NCBI GenBank assembly: GCA_964187785.1
Contig: OZ076409.1
Coordinates: 53,384,001-53,448,000, forward strand
Direction: 5' to 3'
From: Amphiscolops sp. MND2022
Taxonomy: Eukaryota
DNA: 64,000 bases
The notes below the pieces were generated by a model. That model was not told the origin of the DNA, did not search any database, and worked only from the letters and a program-made list of their open reading frames with translations. Positions 1 through 13,000 of this stretch are shown one piece after another; the stretch's first letter is position 1; each line of letters begins with the position of its first letter. The position numbers and the translations under genes are program-made.

Positions 1-457
1 TTCATTTAACTCATCGCATTAGCTGAAATTTTTAGAAACTGCACCAAGTGGTTCGCTGAAACAACTCAGTGCGTTTGGAGCCAGTACCCTTGTCGCCATT
101 CATGACTCCATTGTAGTGGCTATGCAAAAAAAGTACTTGCTTGAATTTTATGTATCGGCGACGTTCAGAGATTTAGAGTTTGCCTGAATACGAATTACAG
201 CGCATATACACTCACTAAGACAATTTAAAGTAAACAAGTTTAGATTCCTTGGAATGTCATAACTAAAACGAATAAAAAAGAATTTTTTCCCTTTATCGAC
301 GCCTTTTGTACAAAAATTGAGCTTCTTACGAAAGATACCAGTGTGTTTTGTGTAATTTTTCTCAGAAAAACAAGTTTTATTCAACGAAGCAAGTGTTTCT
401 GTTCAATCTATGTAACATGAATCAAAGGCGACGCTGTAATAATTTTCATACGATTTA

Positions 458-1095
458 TGTTGAGGAAATCTTACGAAAACTTTTAACAAAATTCAAGAGC
501 TAAAGACTTTAACTTATATAACTTGACAAACGTACCCAATCTACTCCAAAATATCTCTATTGATAGAAAGTAAAGATTGGTGCTACTTTAGTTGGTTTAT
601 TTACTGGTGTATAACATTCAATATTGAATGTCCAAAGTACTAACAAACATAACCTCTTGGGTCGTGAATCCCTCAGACGACTTTATACATCGCAGTATTA
701 CATTTCTTTCAGTGACATTTCCAGTTCAAGTGCCTTTCAGTAACTCCAGAACATGTGAAAACAAATGTTATTGCTTTCCCTCCGCATGTCTGTCATCTTT
801 CTGATAAACACCAAGTTCGCAATTCTCACTATTTATACACGGTGCTTTTCTCTCAATTTCACAACTCCTGTTGTCAAATCAAGCTCTTACTAACAGACTT
901 TTCGATAAATTTCTCTTGTTCCTCTAGCCTTGGTTAAAAGGGTGTTTTAAACCCTAAACTCTGCTTAGTCTTGGCTCGGAACAATACAACTGAAAACTTA
1001 AAAACTCCTAGAGAGATTAACTGATTGACTCTCTACAGTCGCCAAATAGCATAAACTGCTGAAGGACTGAAGTGGTTTTGTACCGGCGTTCAACA
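458..1095 (+). repeat. 5' LTR of the copia element
   Basis: TG...CA ends with a 6-bp terminal inverted repeat; largely repeated at 6103-6770. Confidence 0.92.
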
Positions 1096-1109
1096 GGTTG
1101 TGCGCCCAC
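1096..1109 (+). promoter_or_regulatory. Copia-type primer binding site (internal initiator tRNA-Met fragment type)
   Basis: GGTTGTGCGCCCAC lies directly after the LTR-terminal CA and resembles the Drosophila copia PBS GGTTATGGGCCCAG. Confidence 0.75.
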
Positions 1110-1166
1110 AGTAACCAGTTCCAGATTTTGAAGGAAGTCCAAAATTTCCAAAAACGCGCAAAATAA

Positions 1167-4100
1167 ATGGAGAGCAACAACAATCTCAAATGGTTTTGTT
1201 TCTCGGGCATGACCGATGACTACTCTATCTGGAGCACTAGGCCTCAAATGAAAGGCCTCTTCGAAACTCTCACTGGAGATAGGCCAACACCAACCCGTCA
1301 ACGAGCCTTTGCAATGATCCAACTGACAAGCAACGAGGTGCTCGCGAAGCCACAGAAGCAGACTACAGGCGGGCGCTCGCGAACATCGAGGAACGCAAGA
1401 ACACCTTCAGGTGCTACCTTGAAATGATTCTCGATACAACCAGCCTGATGTTGATCATGCACGACTGTGTTGACAACAAAGGACTTGGTAATGATCACGA
1501 GGCATGGGGCTTCTGCAAGAGAGGTTCCGATGCAACGAAACGGTGGCTGTTGTCAGTGTTGTAATGAGACACCTGGCCCGCCCAACACTGAACGATAATG
1601 AAGTACTACCCCACTACTTCATCCGGGCCCAAGAGTTGTCAACACGCCTCGGACAAGCTGGGAAACACCAGTCAGAGCTACTACTCAACGCACGCGATGG
1701 TTCTCAACGGCCTGTCTGAACGCTATGAACATTTCGTGGTGCAGAAAAGGTTCGATCCTGCTGGCAGTTTTGTGGAGCTGAGGACAAGGCTCACCAATTA
1801 TGAGGAAAGTCGCCAACAGCGGGAGAAGGTAGTTGACGATGGTTCACACGTGGCAATGATATCCAAGAAAACCAAGCCCAACCCCAAGTCCTCAGGAAAA
1901 CATAACTCCGTGCAAAAGTCGATCTCAGGACAGTCATGCTATTGCTATGGCATGAAAGGACAGTTAACGACAGATTGTCATCATAAGGACAAGATTGAGT
2001 GTACGTACTGCATGATGAAAGACCATTTTGAGAAAGCGTGTATCAAAAAAACTGAAGAGTTCAAAGGAGCTAATCACGGAAACTTAGCGTCAAGTCTTAA
2101 GTCAGGAGACTCAAGCGAGGCAACAGCTAAAGATTTAGTGGTATACTCAGGAAGTACTGACTATGTAATAAAGAACAAGAACTGTTTCAAAAACATAAAG
2201 GCAATAGATACGACTGTTTCCAACCCTGATGGTGGTGACACGAAGGTCTTAGGAACAGGAGAAGTAGGAAGTAGAAGTCCTAGCTAAAGACGTAAACGGA
2301 AAAACTAAGCTTTTAGTTTGCGAAAAGCTGCAGAAAGCTCTCTTTGTGCCAGGATACCGAACAAAATTGATCTCGGTAGCAAGTTTTGTCGATAATGGAC
2401 ACAAAGTTAAACATGAAGATAGAAACAGAGTTTTTTTGCCTCAAAAGCAATGAAAGAATTCCAGTCACTAGAAAAAGAACTCTTTTCTACCTAAGCATGA
2501 TCCCAAATCAAAGAAATCGTTCTGCTAATAGGAAAGATCAAACGAGGTTCCAGTGTGCCACAAACGATTTGGACATGTAAGCTACAGAGACCTAAAACAC
2601 TCTCTGTCGAAAGACCTAAACGAAGTAGATGAGAGTTGTAAAGCTTGCTGCCTAGTTAAAAAAACAAAAAATCCAGTCCCGAAACGAAATGAAAACAAAG
2701 CTTCGAAAGCTCAAGAAAGAGTTGTCAGCGTTGCTGTTCGTCCAAGTACTCCATCGAGTAAAAATGGGTATTGAAACTTTGTTACGTTTATTGACGAATA
2801 CAGTTCGCATGCTTGTGTCAGATTTACTCGACACAAAAGTCAAGTACTAGAAATTTTTAGAGTATGTAGCTGAATGCGGTACGCCCCATATACTACGGTC
2901 TGACAATGCACCTAGTATACAAACAAAAACTTCAAAAACTATTGTAGTTCCAAAAACGTCAAAAAACACAGTTCCTCAAACTCCGAAACAAAATGGTGTC
3001 GCTGAGCGATACTATCGAACCGTTGTTGAGACTGCTCAAATTCTTTTTATTGAATCAAAACTACCTAAATGCCATCGACTAGGAGCTGTGGACACAGCAG
3101 CTTTTGTAAGGTACTTGTAAGAAAGGACAAGAAGAAACAAACCGGATTATCAGGAAATACTATGGATTGAAACAAGCTGCTAAAAGTTGGTACGGTACGA
3201 AGAACTAGCGAACTTTCTTAAACAACAAAATTTTACTCGCAGCGAAAATAGTTACTCTCGGTAAAATTACTCTCAGTTCAGTAAAATTGAAAACAACGGA
3301 ATTTTGTACGTCTTAAGTTGAGTAGATGATCTTGTTGAGTGGATGATCTTGTTGTAATGAGACACCTGGCCCGCCCAACACTGAACGATAATGAAGTACT
3401 ACCCCAATACTTCATCCGGGCCCAAGAGTTGTCAACACGCCTCGGACAAGCTGGGAAACACCAGTCAGAGCTACTACTCAACGCACGCGATGGTTCTCAA
3501 CGGCCTGTCTGAACGCTATGAGCATTTCGTGGTGCAGAAAAGGTTCGATCCTGCTGGCAGTTTTGTGGAGCTGAGGACAAGGCTCACCAATTATGAGGAA
3601 AGTCGCCAACAGCGGGAGAAGGTAGTTGACGATGGTTCACACGTGGCAATGATATCCAAGAAAACCAAGCCCAACCCCAAGTCCTCAGGAAAACATAACT
3701 CCGTGCAAAAGTCGATCTCAGGACAGTCATGCTATTGCTATGGCATGAAAGGACAGTTAACGACAGATTGTCATCATAAGGACAAGATTGAGTGTACGTA
3801 CTGCATGATGAAAGACCATTTTGAGAAAGCGTGTATCAAAAAAACTGAAGAGTTCAAAGGAGCTAATCACGGAAACTTAGCGTCAAGTCTTAAGTCAGGA
3901 GACTCAAGCGAGGCAACAGCTAAAGATTTAGTGGTATACTCAGGAAGTACTGACTATGTAATAAAGAACAAGAACTGTTTCAAAAACATAAAGGCAATAG
4001 ATACGACTGTTTCCAACCCTGATGGTGGTGACACGAAGGTCTTAGGAACAGGAGAAGTAGGAAGTAGAAGTCCTAGCTAAAGACGTAAACGGAAAAACTA

Positions 4101-6118
4101 AGCTTTTAGTTTGCGAAAAGCTGCAGAAAGCTCTCTTTGTGCCAGGATACCGAACAAAATTGATCTCGGTAGCAAGTTTTGTCGATAATGGACACAAAGT
4201 TAAACATGAAGATAGAAACAGAGTTTTTTTTGCCTCAAAAGCAATGAAAGAATTCCAGTCACTAGAAAAAGAACTCTTTTCTACCTAAGCATGATCCCAA
4301 ATCAAAGAAATCGTTCTGCTAATAGGAAAGATCGAACGAGGTTCCAGTGTGCCACAAACGATTTGGACATGTAAGCTACAGAGACCTAAAACACTCTCTG
4401 TCGAAAGACCTAAACGAAGTAGATGAGAGTTGTAAAGCTTGCTGCCTAGTTAAAAAAACAAAAAATCCAGTCCCGAAATGAAATGAAAACAAAGCTTCGA
4501 AAGCTCAAGAAAGAGTAGTCAGCGTTGCTGTTCGTCCAAGTACTCCATCGAGTAAAAATGGGTATTGAAACTTTGTTACGTTTATTGACGAATACAGTTC
4601 GCATGCTTGTGTCAGATTTACTCGACACAAAAGTCAAGTACTAAAAATATTTAAAGAGTATGTAGCTGAATGCGGTACGCCCCATATACTACGGTCTGAC
4701 AATGCACCTAGTATACAAACAAAAACTTCAAAAACTATTGTAGTTCCAAAAACGTCAAAAAACACAGTTCCTCAAACTCTGAAACAAAATGGTGTCGCTG
4801 AGCGATATTATCGAACCGTTGTTGAGACTGCTCAAATTCTTTTTATTGAATCAAAACTACCTAAATGCCATCGACTAGGAGCTGTGGACACAGCAGCTTT
4901 TGTAAGGTACTTGTAAGAAAGGACAAGAAGAAAGAAACCGGATTATCAGGAAATACTATGGATTGAAACAAGCTGCTAAAAGTTGGTACGGTACGAAGAA
5001 CTAGCGAACTTTCTTAAACAACAAAATTTTACTCGCAGCGAAAATAGTTACTCTCGGTAAAATTACTCTCAGTTCAGTAAAATTGAAAACAACGGAATTT
5101 TGTACGTCTTAAGTTGAGTAGATGATCTTGTGATAGCCGATAGCAACAATGAGAGCATAAAACGTTTAAAAAAAGCTCTTGAAGAAAAGTTTAAAATGGT
5201 CGATCGAGGACCCCTCGTATGACTCCTAGGCATGCAAATAAGTGAAGAAATTGACAAAGTAAATCTAGATCGGGAAAAATATATCGAGAGCGTTATAGAA
5301 AATTTGGCATGCAAGATAGCAACCCTTCTAGAACGCCAGCTGAGAATAATCTCAAACTAGTTAAAGCAACTGAGAGTGAGAAATTGGTAGATGAGAAATT
5401 GTATAGGAGTTTAGTAGGGTCTCTACTATACATCGCCAAGCCAACTAGGCCAGACATTGTGTGGATAGTCAATGCGCTCTCACAATTCATGGACAAACCA
5501 ACAAACACTCATCGACTGGCTTGCAAACATGTGCTCCGTTATCTTCGAGGAGCAAAATCACTCAAATTGGTCTACCTGCGAGACAATGACTTTCACCTAC
5601 ACGGAGAAAACGATGCAGAATTGAGCGAAGGTCACGATGACAAGCGATCAACAACGGGCTACTTTTTCAAACTTGGTTTCAGTGGGGGAGCAGTTAGCTT
5701 GCAAACCAAGAAGCAGCAGACTGTGACTTTCTCATCCTGCGAAGCTGAGTAACAGGGCTTGGCAGCAACTATGCAAGAGGCAACCTTCTTGCAATCCATC
5801 CTTTGCGAGATGGTCCATCAGCAGGTGCAGGCAAAACGCATTGGCGAAGACAACGAAAGCTGCATCAAATTGGCAAACAACCATGTGATGCACAAGCGAT
5901 CGAAGCATGTTCACACGAAGTTTCACTTTATCCGTGAAAATGTCGATGACAATGCTGTTGAACTGATCTATAGACCAACAGATCAATTAGCAGCCGATCT
6001 TTTGACAAAAGTACTTCCACAAGTGAAAGTTGGGCAACATCGACGAATTCCATCGGGTCAAATTCAGATTCTTCCTCCAATCTCGGAAAAATCAGGGTGG
6101 GGTGTTGAGGAAATTTGA
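1167..6118 (+). pseudogene. Frameshifted copia gag-pol
   Basis: Degenerate Zn knuckles (CTYCMMKDHFEKAC), protease remnant LVVYSGSTDY, integrase HHCC (CHKRFGH...CKAC), RT YGLKQA and (W>stop)VDDLV, and RT/RNase H motifs YRSLVGSLLY-TRPDI, RSTTGY, SSCEAE, EDNESCI, HKRSKH, ADLLTK. Confidence 0.93.
1557..5131 (+). repeat. Direct tandem duplication of about 1.79 kb inside the copia element (1557-3335 and 3350-5131)
   Basis: Near-identical 229-aa ORFs at 1598 and 3391 (offset 1793); the copies differ by a few SNPs and indels. Confidence 0.95.
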
Positions 6119-6770
6119 CGAAAACTCCTAACAAACTTCCAGAGCTAAAGGCTTTAACTTATTATACTAATGGCTCAAAACTTAGACGAAACAATTTTAG
6201 CCATTGTATTCCGGAATATCTATATTGATAGAAAGTAAAGATTGGTGCTACTTTAGTTGGTTTATTTACTGGTGTATAACATTCAATATTGAATGTCCAA
6301 AGTACTAACAAACATAACCTCTTGGGTCGTGAAACTCTCAGAAGACTTTATGCATCGCAGTATTACATTTCTTTTAGTGACATTTCCAGTTCAAGTGCGT
6401 TTCAGTAGTTCCAGAACATGTGAAAACCAATGTTATTGCTTTCCCTCCGCATGTCTGTCATCTTTCTGATAAACACCAAGTTCGCAATTCTCACTATTTA
6501 TACACGGTGCTTTTCTCTCAATTTCACAACTCCTGTTGTCAAATCAAGCTCTCAAAAAGAGATATTTTGCTAAAATTTCTCTTGTTCCTCTAGCTTTGGT
6601 GGAGAGGGTGTTTGAACCCTAAACTCTGCTTAGTCTTGGCTCGGAACAATAAAACTGAAAACTTAAAAACTCCTCGATACCAAAAATCTCACTAACTGAT
6701 TGACTCTCTACAGTCGCCGAATAGCATAAACTCTTGAAGGACTCAAGTGGTTTTGTACCGGCCTTCAACA
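6103..6770 (+). repeat. 3' LTR of the copia element
   Basis: TGTTGAGG...CCTTCAACA following the PPT; homologous to 458-1095. Confidence 0.92.
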
Positions 6771-6821
6771 ATCTTCTAAAACGCCCTTTGGAAAAATAGT
6801 CTTCTTGCAGTCTCATAGTTT

Positions 6822-8008
6822 TCCAAGTTGACCATCATGGGTAATTCTCGGCTTTTCATCCCTGATCGTGGCTTTTTCATGACATTATTTTCAAATCATG
6901 GCCAACTATCCGTGATGATTCTGAGTCCATTCGGATCATGGATAATCGTCTATTATCCTTTGATGAGAAACCATAATCCATCAATGAAGTTCCAGGACAA
7001 AACGTTACATGTTTTGTTATTCATGAAAGTTTTTGGCAAGTCTGAGCTAATTTATGGAATTCTATGAAAACAAACCAAGTGGGTTCGAGTGGGACTATTT
7101 ATGTTTGCAAAAATAGTTCCTGCAAATACACGGGAAATTAACAAAAATAAAATCTTTTACACATTCAAAAGTGTGTTGGAATAAACTTGGTAAATGAGAT
7201 TCATACCGTTGTAACAATCTAAAACAAAGTTATGTACAAACAAGCCGGGAACGGCCCAAGTCGGCGCCATTTATAAGGCTCAAAAATAGCGAAAGGATTT
7301 CAAAATGTCAAAGTATTGGTTGATTGGGAAGCCGTTTATGAAAAAAACTTGAAAAAAAGTCTCACAATGCCGAAAAAAAACTGAAAGGGGATTCCTTTGT
7401 GATTTTTCAACATCCATTCTGTCAGAAAATATCAAAAAGCGAAGGGGGACCCTTTGGTGAATTTTGTTTCAAAAAAAGTCTCACAGAGACGAAAATACTC
7501 TAAGGGAGTACCCTTTGGCCCCGTTGAGTTTCTTAGATGATGTAAAAATACTACTTCTTAAGCTAAGTAAGAATTGTAAAAATTGTAAGCTTGTAAGAAT
7601 TGTAAGAATTGTAAGAAAAGTGGACCATTCAGAGTGAGATTATAGGCTGAAAAACTACTCACTGTAATAGTCGGGCTTTTTTCCTTATGGGAAAAGGCGC
7701 CGACTAAAAACATAGGCTGTTACTTTTAGACGTGGAAACACTAACTTCAATTAAACAATTATCTAGTGTTGTATAAGATCATCTCTATTGCAAAATGAAT
7801 ACAGTTTCAGGCCATTTCATGCTCAAAGTCATTGGATTCATCCATACTCATCCATGGCATCAAGGTTTGTCACGCATAATCATCTATGGCATCGTGGTTT
7901 TCCAAGTATGGTCATCAATTTTTCATGATCATGAAATGATTCTCGGCATGACGAATACATGAATCATGGATGGACCATGGATGGCGCGCCATGACCTGTG
8001 AACCTGGG
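6822..8008. mobile_element. Possible old non-autonomous TIR element with CATG-rich subterminal repeats
   Basis: Imperfect ends TCCAAGTT/AACCTGGG flanked by TT; dense CATG(A/G) motifs near both ends; a HINE is nested inside. Confidence 0.3.
7238..7710 (-). mobile_element. Helentron-type non-autonomous element (HINE/DINE-1-like), family A
   Basis: Subterminal inverted repeats AGTCGGCGCC (7259) and GGCGCCGACT (7696), a local inverted partner beside one subTIR, a GCCG-N4-CGGC stem-loop at the other end, A/T-run flanks without TSD, and an internal TTGTAAGAA microrepeat. Confidence 0.8.
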
Positions 8009-9790
8009 TTGACAAATAAGCGATATCTTCAAGTGAAAAGTTTCTAAAATCTAGTTCAAATATTCAGATGGAAGTGCAAAATTCGAAAAAAGTATTTCTC
8101 GTTCCTTCGTCCTGACAAGATCAAGCATAATTCCGGAACAGTTTAATATTTTGGGAATACATTTGGCTGAGTTGAACCACACATTTTCCAGGGCAAAACG
8201 TAGAATATTTCATGTGTCGGTATCAAGATCACTAACCTCGAGAAAAAAGCAAAATTACTCTTTGAAACACTTTCGGAGTGCAATTCAAATTAATGAAGCA
8301 ATATATACAGCTTCAGCTGAAATTTGATGATCATTTAGTTTGAAGTTCTAACTTGCGTAAACTTCAAAGAAAAAACATCGAAGGGACCCCTTAGTGAAAT
8401 AAATGATACGCAGAACAAAAAACCCAACAGGGACACTTCGATTTCAATCGGTCTTAGGTGTAAGCTAAAGTGTAAAAGAATTAAAGGGTTTTTGTTTCAC
8501 CAGAAAGTCTTCCAGGTGGGTTTTTCATGTTCGATCAAGAAAAAACCTTTTCAAGTCATGAAACTTGTAAATTTTCATGGAGACAGTTTTTTAGTATATT
8601 TCAAAGTCTATGCCTTTTTTGATCTTTGAACAGGGCACCAGCTTGATAAGACGCTCACATCTTGTATTTCATTTCGATAGTATTGCATCATGAAGCAAAA
8701 TGTATTTCCCGAACTTTGAGGTTCATTTGGTTTTCTGTTTTCTGATATGCTATAATTTCAGAATGGTTTTTAACATTTCTTTTTTCCGTCAACGTACAAT
8801 CCAGTTCCCGAGATGGTCATTTTGGCGTCTTTTATGTAAAAGACAACTAAGAAATAAAGAATTGGATAACAATGTAAGCTACAAATGTTTCATTTTCTTT
8901 GGAATGGTTTATTTCAAATTTCTGCCAATGAAGTCATGGAGATTCTCTTCACAGTTGAGAGATTTGTCACCCAAAAACAACACCACCAAGCCACATAAAA
9001 CAAAGGGAGATTTTTCACCCTTATGTTGAACGTAATAAAAGCCATGAAATTTTGAAATTTGATTTTTGGCTCAGATCAATGTTCAAAACCAAGAAGATCC
9101 ACCCCATCAGCCCATTAGATTTCGAAATTGCTAGCGTTTTTCGTGATGTCCAGATAAAATTATCACGAAAGCCGCATTGTTGAATTTCATTCTATTTTTT
9201 GTGGTTTCAACCAAAATGTAATTTAAAACTTTTCTTTTATCAGCTGAGAACCGTTTGAAATTATATTGGCGAATTCTATGAACGCCATTTTTGCGATTTT
9301 TGCGATTTTCTGTTGCAAAATTTTCAATATAGATTCGTTTTGACAGAATTGGAAAAACAACACAACAAAAAGTCACTATAAAAGTCGCGTTTTGTTTTAT
9401 AAAGCGCTGGCAAAAAAAACGAAGCGCCGTCAGATTGCCTAATATCACGGGTTGGAGAAAAAATAGATCTGATTTTCAGAAACGGCGTTGTTTCTGTTTT
9501 TGCTCTTTGTTTAAGGCATATGAAGCTATTTCAGAAACGTTAACATCACTTATCTCATCAAAATATTTTTGACTTACATATTTTAACTTTCAACAGCTAT
9601 ACCAAAAAATCAAAAAAATTCCAAAAATAAAAAAACATGCGTTTTCGTTTCTTTCTGATTGTGTTTGTAGTTAGTAAACTTCTCGCTTCTCTTGTTAAAA
9701 TATGGTAAGTAAATTATTTGTTTGTACTCGAACTCTGAAGGTGTTCATATCATTTGCGCAGTGTTTGCATAAAACAGTCGGAATTGAAAC

Positions 9791-10086
9791 AAACCAAGAC
9801 GCCCGCTAAGCAGCGGGGTATTTTCCGCGACACGCTTACTGCAACAAAAAAAGTATGGCGAAAGAGAGGTTTGAACCCACGACCTACTGGCTGGGAAACA
9901 AAAAAAAATCAAGCACCAACCCGGGTTCGAACCCAGGACCTACAACCTGACTGAGCCACCATAATTGAAGTAACTAAATGCATAAATGGAGTGGAGATAA
10001 AGTGGAGTTTTGGCAGGATTAATAAAAAAAACGCATCACAGATCATGGTTTTCCTCCCCCATTGATGTGGGCGGAAAATAACAAAA
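9791..10086 (-). mobile_element. Helentron-type non-autonomous element, family B
   Basis: Stem-loop CCCGCT-AAGC-AGCGGG (9802-9817); subTIRs TATTTTCCGC (9819) and GCGGAAAATA (10071); the same end recurs at 24472. Confidence 0.7.
9845..9960 (-). other. Two tandem tRNA-derived fragments with Pol III boxes and oligo-T runs (not intact tRNAs)
   Basis: Minus strand reads GGTGGCTCAGTCAGG...GGTTCGAACCC...T-run, then ...GGTCGTGGGTTCAAACC...T-run. Confidence 0.6.
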
Positions 10087-13000
10087 TTTTTGTGCTGCTC
10101 TTTTTGCTTTTTCTCCCATGTTTTATATGAGAAACGAAAACATTTAACGCGTTTGTTTTTTACAAGTTTGTCATGTACCAAACTTATTTTCAAATTGAAG
10201 GGTGTCACCGACAGATTTCAACTCACATAAATATAGGTTCAAGCGATATGCATTTGTAGAGATTTTCGGAGTTTTTTGGGTATGACCGAAATGACCCTTG
10301 AATGACCCAAAATGACCTTAAAATGACAAACAAAAAACTTTCCCGATTTTTCAAGTTCACGAGCAATTTTCGTCAAAATTTCAACTTCGTGGATTAAATT
10401 GTTGAAAACGTTCAACAAGAAAGATGTCGTTGTTCAGTAGTCTTTTGTGAAGAGATAAAGTCAGTTTTCAAAAAAATGCCTAAATTTGACACCGCATTTT
10501 TCATATTTGTCTGCAATTTTTGTCAAATTTTCGAAATTTTTCCTGGATAACAAAAGTAAAACTGTTAAACAAATTGTTGTCGAGTTGGCTTCTGTCAAGC
10601 AATAAAAACTGTTTGTAATATGAAAATACTTCATAGTGACCCTGAAAACTGTCAAAATAATAAACATTCACCAGTTTTTGTCGTTCTTCCTGAGAAGGTC
10701 CAAAGTTTCAACATTACACTTTTCTGAATAGAATGTTGCAGCGTTTTGCTCCAAAGACATTTCAAAATGTTCAACATCTTCACGTTTTGTCCAATTTTTA
10801 TGAACTTTTAGAAATAACTAGTTTTCAGGGATTTTGAAAAGGTTCAGCAAAAACTGAACTCGTTTTCCAATATGCTTTTTCGAAGACATATTTGCACGCT
10901 TCTTTAGGAAAATGCCTGTAATCGACCGCGAAAGTCGAAGGTATCAATGTTGATGTTTGACATTTTTGAGTAATTTTTTGTTTGAGCATAGAAACATTTG
11001 GTAAAATGAAAACTCTAAAACGCTGCTGATGGTACAACTAGGTTCGCAGCAGACTTTTCAGAAAAAATATGAAAATTTCAATAAAAGGTACCACCTCCTA
11101 AATACCAAAAAAGTCGACAACACTAAATTTCAGTGGTTTTGACATTTTATGAAGTTTCTCGGAAATATTTCGAGCTATTTCGCAGCAAACAACGATATGA
11201 AAAACTCAGCATTAACAAAACTCGGTATCCTTACGCGTTTCTGAAGATATAACTGCAATTCCTCGTTAGAATTGGCCTGAAAACACCCCTAATTTCAATA
11301 AATGACAGATTTTGCGTCTGCAAGGTAAACTGACAAAAACACGTACCAAGCTTTAGGACGGCCTGGTTGACAACTTGCGGACAATTATAAAACTATTTGT
11401 CCAGGAAAGCATTTGCAGAATCCACTACACACAATTATTTTGAGATGTCCAACCCAATCAATCTTTGTTGTGAAGTGTGTTGCCTTTTAAAATATAAGTG
11501 ATTCCACTCAATGCGTTGGAGTTCAAATGAACGTTATCCTTCTCTAAGTGCTTATTACTAAACACTAGCCTGGAAATTCTTCTGAACTTCCAACGTTTCG
11601 TGACAAAAAGCTAGTAAAGAATTTATTTTTTTCGCTTGTTAAGGTCGAGAGTGGCTTAAAGGTATGCCAAGCACAAAAATCCTTTTGGCTTTTGGTAATA
11701 AAATATTGCAAGATCGGACTAAGTTTTCTGACGTTGTAACAAATAAGTTGTTTTCGCTTAAGAATAGGACGATGATATCATGAAGACCTTTCTTGGGAAT
11801 AAAATTCTAAATGTGTTCTACTTTAGTTCCCCGCAGGAATAAAATGTTAAAATTTGCAATATCCAGACCTTTCCTTGGTCAGAATGGTCTGGAATCAGAA
11901 ATTAGGAGGTTTCTGGTTTTTGAAGCTTTGAATAGTTGATATTGCATCTATCTTCAATTGAATATGAGTTAGGATTACTTTGAATGAGTTTCGGAATTCG
12001 GTGAAGCAAATACTGCATCTTTGACCTTACACTTACTCTGTTTCACAAAATAAAGTAACTTTGAAGTTCGAAAGCGTGACTATGGGAATCAACTTAGCCG
12101 TCTCGATGAGTGGTAGCGTGGTTGATCTGCAAAATCAAACGATAATCCAAATCCTTGCGTCCGCGATAACTTTCTCAAGCAAAAATATCGCAACCATATG
12201 CAATACAATAAATTGACGATGAAATTTAGAAACAATACAATATCACTTGTTCAACTCTAAAGAAACTATTCAATAGCCAACGTTAACTGAATTAATTGTA
12301 CGAGAAACTTCCAAGCTTTCACTTTTTAAAATACTTGAGTAGCAAGTCGACCGATTTGGATCTCTACTTTGTTGGGTCTCTTGGTAGGAGTTAATTCTGG
12401 TTACCTTAGCGTACAAGAAATACCTGATGATGAATGTTTGTGGTTCAATTTGCCATCACCAGACTAGCGTTTGATAAAGAGAATAAGTTGAAACAAATTA
12501 TTCATCTGGTTTGTTCGCTTACACCAAATTATGTAAAAGTATATATGAAAAGCATACATTTGCAAGATTTAGGCATACATTTACACGTGTTATTTGCTGT
12601 TAAATAATCAGGGAGGTTCGCAAATAGTATTGTGGGTCCTCTGAACGCCCACGTAAATCAAATAATTTGTACATGGAGAAATAGAAAAAAATCACAGAAA
12701 AAACACAATTTCCAAAAAAGACCCAAAGTCAGGTCAACCAGGGGTGTTTCGAAAAAAAAATTATATTCTAGTTTTTTTAAGAAATAACTAATTGATATGG
12801 TCAAAAAAGTGGGGCTAGTCAAAAAACTAGGGTCAAATTCTAAGGACTAACGATTTTACAGCATTTTGTTTGATGCTAATCTGACGTATTTTTCGCAAAA
12901 ATTCCTAAATCTCATTTGAGGTGCCAACAACAGAAAAGAAATTTCTTGACATATTAATCCCAGTTCTTTTTCAACCCAAAGTTGTTTTTATACAACAGAA

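Larger units (their letters stand above)
458..6770 (+). mobile_element. Decayed Ty1/copia LTR retrotransposon with an internal deletion and an internal tandem duplication
   Basis: Two LTRs TGTTGA...TCAACA (458-1095, 6103-6770). PBS follows the 5' LTR and a purine tract AGGGTGGGG precedes the 3' LTR. Domain order is gag-PR-IN-RT-RH, diagnostic of copia. Flanks ATTTA/ATCTT do not form a clean TSD. Confidence 0.95.

Noticed and set aside
10197..11292. Possible TIR pair GGGTGT/ACACCC
   Set aside because: The match is too short and there is no convincing TSD.
12095..12165. tRNA-Cys-like anticodon arm TTGAT-CTGCAAA-ATCAA
   Set aside because: No acceptor stem or proper T-arm/B box; at most a decayed relic.
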